NCBI GenBank assembly: GCA_964631685.1
Contig: CAZVZU010000004.1
Span: 1-33,148, forward strand
Direction of reading: 5' to 3'
Origin: an uncultured Actinomycetes bacterium
GTDB lineage: Bacteria; SZUA-79; Acidulodesulfobacterales; Acidulodesulfobacteraceae
Length of the DNA: 33,148 nucleotides
Part shown: positions 29,742-33,148 of the stretch, in pieces
How positions within the stretch are numbered: position 1 is the stretch's first letter
How the letters are laid out: each line of letters starts with the position of its first letter
Translations under genes and position numbers: made by a program
The notes under the pieces: generated by a model
Databases searched by the model: none
Told to the model about the DNA's origin: nothing
Seen by the model: only the letters and a program-made list of their open reading frames with translations

Positions 29742-30845
29742 TTAATCAATATCCATTATTAGATAAACACCAAATGATAAAAATATAATATCTGCCATAA
29801 ATGCGGCCAGAAGGGGGTTTAACTGAGAGGCCTCTCCAAGCGATAACCCTATAGAATTAATAATCCACCATGTGAAGGCAACCATTATACTTATCCCTAT
29901 AGCTATGGGAGTACCACCCCTTTTTTCTACTAGTAATCCACTTGAAATACCTATAAGCACAAGTATTAGATTTATTACGGGATATGATAACTTTGAGTAA
30001 AAACCGGTAAGGAGATAACTGAACCCTGACCCTGTTTTTTTAGCGACCGCAAGCATTTTCGACAAGCTACCAATAGAAAGAAATTCAGGTTTTAGCGTGT
30101 AAGACTTAAAAAAATTTAGGTTTAGATTAATAGGTGTTTCCATAACTCTAAAGAATTTTTCAGAAAATTCAGTCTTATTATTAAATTTAAATACGTCTAA
30201 TCGACCATTAACCAGCTTAAGATTTTTTTGTTTAAAATATCCCTCTTTTGCAATATACCTCTTTTGCAAAACAAAACCCTTACCAAATACATAAACACTG
30301 ACACCCTTAATCACCCTCCTTAACGGATCAAAGGATTGCGCCGTAATAATATATTTCCCGTAATGAATCATAATATCTTTCGTCTTGTACTGATAAACCG
30401 AACCTATGTTGTAAGATATATTTTTATTAATATATCTCTGCATCACTAACCTTCTTGCTATATTGGTATTAACAGCAACGAAATTGGACAGCAAAAACGC
30501 CAATACCGTTATTATGATACCGGCTAATATCAGTGGCTTGAAAAACCTTAACATACTTAGGCCTGAAGATTTAATAGCATCTAGCTCATTGTTTTTATTA
30601 AGGAATGTTATGGTAAGCAGTGTAGATAACAAAACAGATAATGGCAAGACCCTATAAACTATTTCCGGAACTTTATACAAAAAATATAAGGCGACATAAC
30701 CGATAGACGGAGAATGCCTTGTAAATGCACCAATATTGGAAATAAAGTCCACTACGATATAAAATGCGACTAAACTTAAAAGGGTGGCTATTAAATATTT
30801 GAAAAATTCCCCTAATAAATATTTCTGTAAAATTTTTATTTTCAT
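29742..30845 (-). CDS. lptG: LPS export ABC permease LptG
   Basis: YjgP/YjgQ architecture, NELDAIKSSGLS, LNPLLAAF. Follows lptF. Confidence 0.88.
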   Translation of the reverse strand: MKIKILQKYLLGEFFKYLIATLLSLVAFYIVVDFISNIGAFTRHSPSIGYVALYFLYKVPEIVYRVLPLSVLLSTLLTITFLNKNNELDAIKSSGLSMLRFFKPLILAGIIITVLAFLLSNFVAVNTNIARRLVMQRYINKNISYNIGSVYQYKTKDIMIHYGKYIITAQSFDPLRRVIKGVSVYVFGKGFVLQKRYIAKEGYFKQKNLKLVNGRLDVFKFNNKTEFSEKFFRVMETPINLNLNFFKSYTLKPEFLSIGSLSKMLAVAKKTGSGFSYLLTGFYSKLSYPVINLILVLIGISSGLLVEKRGGTPIAIGISIMVAFTWWIINSIGLSLGEASQLNPLLAAFMADIIFLSFGVYLIMDID

Positions 30846-30863
30846 ATCAACGTTATAGCTGTA

Positions 30864-31952
30864 TCATATTAACAGCGCCTTGAAATACAATACACATCCT
30901 AGAACCAAAAGTAAGAAATCTGCTCCCCAAACACCTATGATCGGATTTATTTGGTCTCTCAGCGATATATAAAAACCAGTCGTGAATAAAATATAGTAAG
31001 CCACTACAATGATTATCGTATAAAAAATTGCCATAAACAAACTTCTTTTCTCTAAAAACATCCCTAGTGGCATGCCAATGAACACAAATAGTATAGTGGC
31101 AAGGGGTATAGCGACCTTTTTATATATGTATATAAGGTACATATTCTTGCGTTTAACATTTTTTTCAGATAAATACCTTCTTACTATCCTTGAGAATGTC
31201 ATAAAATGAACCGAGCCGTTTTTGCTCGGGAATGGCATTCCTTTTAATTTGATATTTATCTTATAAGACTTAAAATGCAGTATCCAAAAATTTTTAGAAT
31301 TTGGATTTTGATTTTGAATCGTGCCATTTTTTAAATTAAAATATAGCATGTTTTGACCTTGGTTATAAATAATGGACCCTGTTTTAGCAATCAGTGTTTC
31401 CGGCCTGTTGTGCAGATTATTTATCATAAAAATGCCCCTTAATGTAGATTTGCCGGCATTAACATCCTTTACAAAAATTTTCAATTTACCAAATTTATTA
31501 GTAAAATTATTTTTTTTCAATGCCGAGAGCGCTGCTTTTTTAAATTCTTTTACCGCCAACACCCTGAAAAAGAAATTAAACCTTGGAGCCATGTAAAAGG
31601 CAAACAATATCGAAAAAGCCATCGGTATCAGTGCAAAAAGGAGCGTGGGTTTTGTGAGTCTAAACGCAGAGACACCTGAAGCCTTTAATGCCATAATCTC
31701 ATTGTCTTGCGTCATTTTTCCGAAAACTGTCAATATTGCAAGAAGAAAAGATATAGGAAGGGTTATTATCATAAAATCCGGTATGGTTAAACTAGCAAGC
31801 TTTAGTACGGCCATTATGCCGACGCCTTTATTTAATACTAGTTCAGTAAGCAGTAATATGCGATTTATCGTAACGCTAAAGGTAAAAATCAAAAGTCCAA
31901 ATATAAATGGAGGGATAAACTGTTTAAATATATACTTGTCGATTATTGACAT
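30864..31952 (-). CDS. lptF: LPS export ABC permease LptF
   Basis: IIDKYIFKQF, DNEIMALKASGVS, KVAIPLA...IGMPLG. Confidence 0.88.
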   Translation of the reverse strand: MSIIDKYIFKQFIPPFIFGLLIFTFSVTINRILLLTELVLNKGVGIMAVLKLASLTIPDFMIITLPISFLLAILTVFGKMTQDNEIMALKASGVSAFRLTKPTLLFALIPMAFSILFAFYMAPRFNFFFRVLAVKEFKKAALSALKKNNFTNKFGKLKIFVKDVNAGKSTLRGIFMINNLHNRPETLIAKTGSIIYNQGQNMLYFNLKNGTIQNQNPNSKNFWILHFKSYKINIKLKGMPFPSKNGSVHFMTFSRIVRRYLSEKNVKRKNMYLIYIYKKVAIPLATILFVFIGMPLGMFLEKRSLFMAIFYTIIIVVAYYILFTTGFYISLRDQINPIIGVWGADFLLLVLGCVLYFKALLI

Positions 31953-32028
31953 AAGCTAATGAAAAATAAAAAACGATTGGCTTTTAACAAAAAATTTGAA
32001 ATTTAACTTGCACAAATATAATAAGTTA

Positions 32029-32057
32029 TTGACTATATTGTCCAATGATATTAAAAT
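32029..32057 (+). promoter_or_regulatory. Sigma70 promoter for the rightward receiver-domain gene
   Basis: TTGACT-17 nt-TAAAAT. Confidence 0.6.
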
Positions 32058-32195
32058 TGAACTGAATGAATTAAGGCCACAATATGAAGTAGTATAACAA
32101 AAACGATATATATTTTAAAGTATTTAATTTTTATTGTCCTTTTGGGGAATCGCCACATTGGTGTTTACTAAAAATTAATATACGGGAGGATTATT

Positions 32196-33148
32196 ATGGC
32201 ACATAATGTTATTTTTATCGATGATAGCGAATCAATGCAAAAGGCTGTTTCAACGATATTCTTGGATAATCTGGATTTCAATTTAAATTCAGTTCATGAT
32301 CCTTCTTCCTTACTTGAAACAGCCAAAAATTTTCGTCCGGATATCATTATATTGAGCTATAATTCAATCAACACGGAAATCAAGCAAAATATTTCCGAGA
32401 TAAAAAATAGCGAAAGTTTATCGGGAGTACCCCTTATTCTATTAGTTCCCTCAGATTTGTCTGACAACGAAAGAGAGCTTTTTATAAAGCAGGGAATTAG
32501 CGGTTTTATATATAGGCCGTTTGAAAAAGATATTTTTCTTTCAAAAATAAAAAGAGCACTCGGTATCACAGACGAGCGCAATAGAATAATCGTAGACACC
32601 GCAAAAATTGACGAGAGCGAGGTATTACCGGAGGAACCCAGCCCTAAAATATACGACATTTCATCGTTTGAAGCTAAAGAGGATGATAAAGACAGCATAG
32701 AAAACCAAAAAATTATGCCGGACGCAACCGCCCCTCAGCCTTCTTCGATAGAAAGTATAATCAACGTTGATAAAGATGATGATAGTGTTAAGGATATCGA
32801 AAATATAGATGATGCGGTAAAGGCAAATAAAGATACCCCTGGCCACAGTAATACAGAAAATATCAATTCCGAAGAACTGAGTCAGGCGTTCGAAAATCTT
32901 TTCAAAGATGATGCCATCTTCAAGGAATTTCAAGACCTCAACGAAAATAAAGATTCGACATTTAATGTTAATAAACCTGAAATTACGGAAGGTTTTGATA
33001 TTGATGACAAACCCCAAGATGGGACACCTTCTATACAACCAATTATCTCTGAACCAGAAACCACTGATGCAATACCCGAAGCTTTACCACAAAACCTTAC
33101 AGAAATCGCCAAAGAAACTGATGAGACCACCGATAAAGAAATAAATCA
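32196..33148 (+). CDS. Atypical receiver-domain protein with a long acidic disordered region (RomR-like); partial and absent from the ORF track
   Basis: GGAGGA RBS. MAHNVIFIDDSESMQKAVSTIF...FRPDIIILSY...GVPLILLVPS...IYRPFEKDIFLSKIKRALG, then D/E/P-rich sequence. The frame stays open to the window end. Confidence 0.8.
   Translation, partial: MAHNVIFIDDSESMQKAVSTIFLDNLDFNLNSVHDPSSLLETAKNFRPDIIILSYNSINTEIKQNISEIKNSESLSGVPLILLVPSDLSDNERELFIKQGISGFIYRPFEKDIFLSKIKRALGITDERNRIIVDTAKIDESEVLPEEPSPKIYDISSFEAKEDDKDSIENQKIMPDATAPQPSSIESIINVDKDDDSVKDIENIDDAVKANKDTPGHSNTENINSEELSQAFENLFKDDAIFKEFQDLNENKDSTFNVNKPEITEGFDIDDKPQDGTPSIQPIISEPETTDAIPEALPQNLTEIAKETDETTDKEIN

Noticed and set aside
32357..33144. 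Four track ORFs at the right end
   Set aside because: Alternative frames of the real CDS starting at 32196, which lacks a stop inside the window.

Overview
33 kb of an AT-rich diderm bacterial chromosome. The tmRNA tag ADNYDYALAA, lptFG, system II cytochrome c maturation, HrcA/CIRCE, DUF4390-ntrY-ntrX and a RomR-like gene suggest a deltaproteobacterial/Desulfobacterota-like lineage. Strongly basic periplasmic domains suggest an acidophile. Both are inferences. (1) Positions 1-4222 are a heavily decayed, patchily GC-richer island abutting the 3' end of the tmRNA gene (ssrA, 4223-4582, minus). It holds a Fic C-terminus, three type II toxin-antitoxin modules whose toxins are all broken, a dead Thoeris-like TIR cluster (two ThsB/DUF1863 genes plus the start of a third coupled gene) and a possible phage primase scrap. 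(2) Positions 4634-33148 are mostly core genes: a minus-strand run resB-ccsA-DUF1015-hinT-speE-speB-pdaD-UPF0104-GT28-like-GT2; a CIRCE-controlled hrcA-grpE-dnaK-dnaJ operon with a structured leader; dciA; a zinc-ribbon membrane protein; a nitrogen block (DUF4390-ntrY-ntrX, then a sigma54 promoter ahead of porin-glnK-amtB, then an orphan ntrB); a PhnP-like metallo-hydrolase; lptFG; and a RomR-like pseudo-receiver running off the end. No CRISPR array, rRNA, tRNA or intact integrase was seen. All family calls come from motif recognition by eye, not from database searches.
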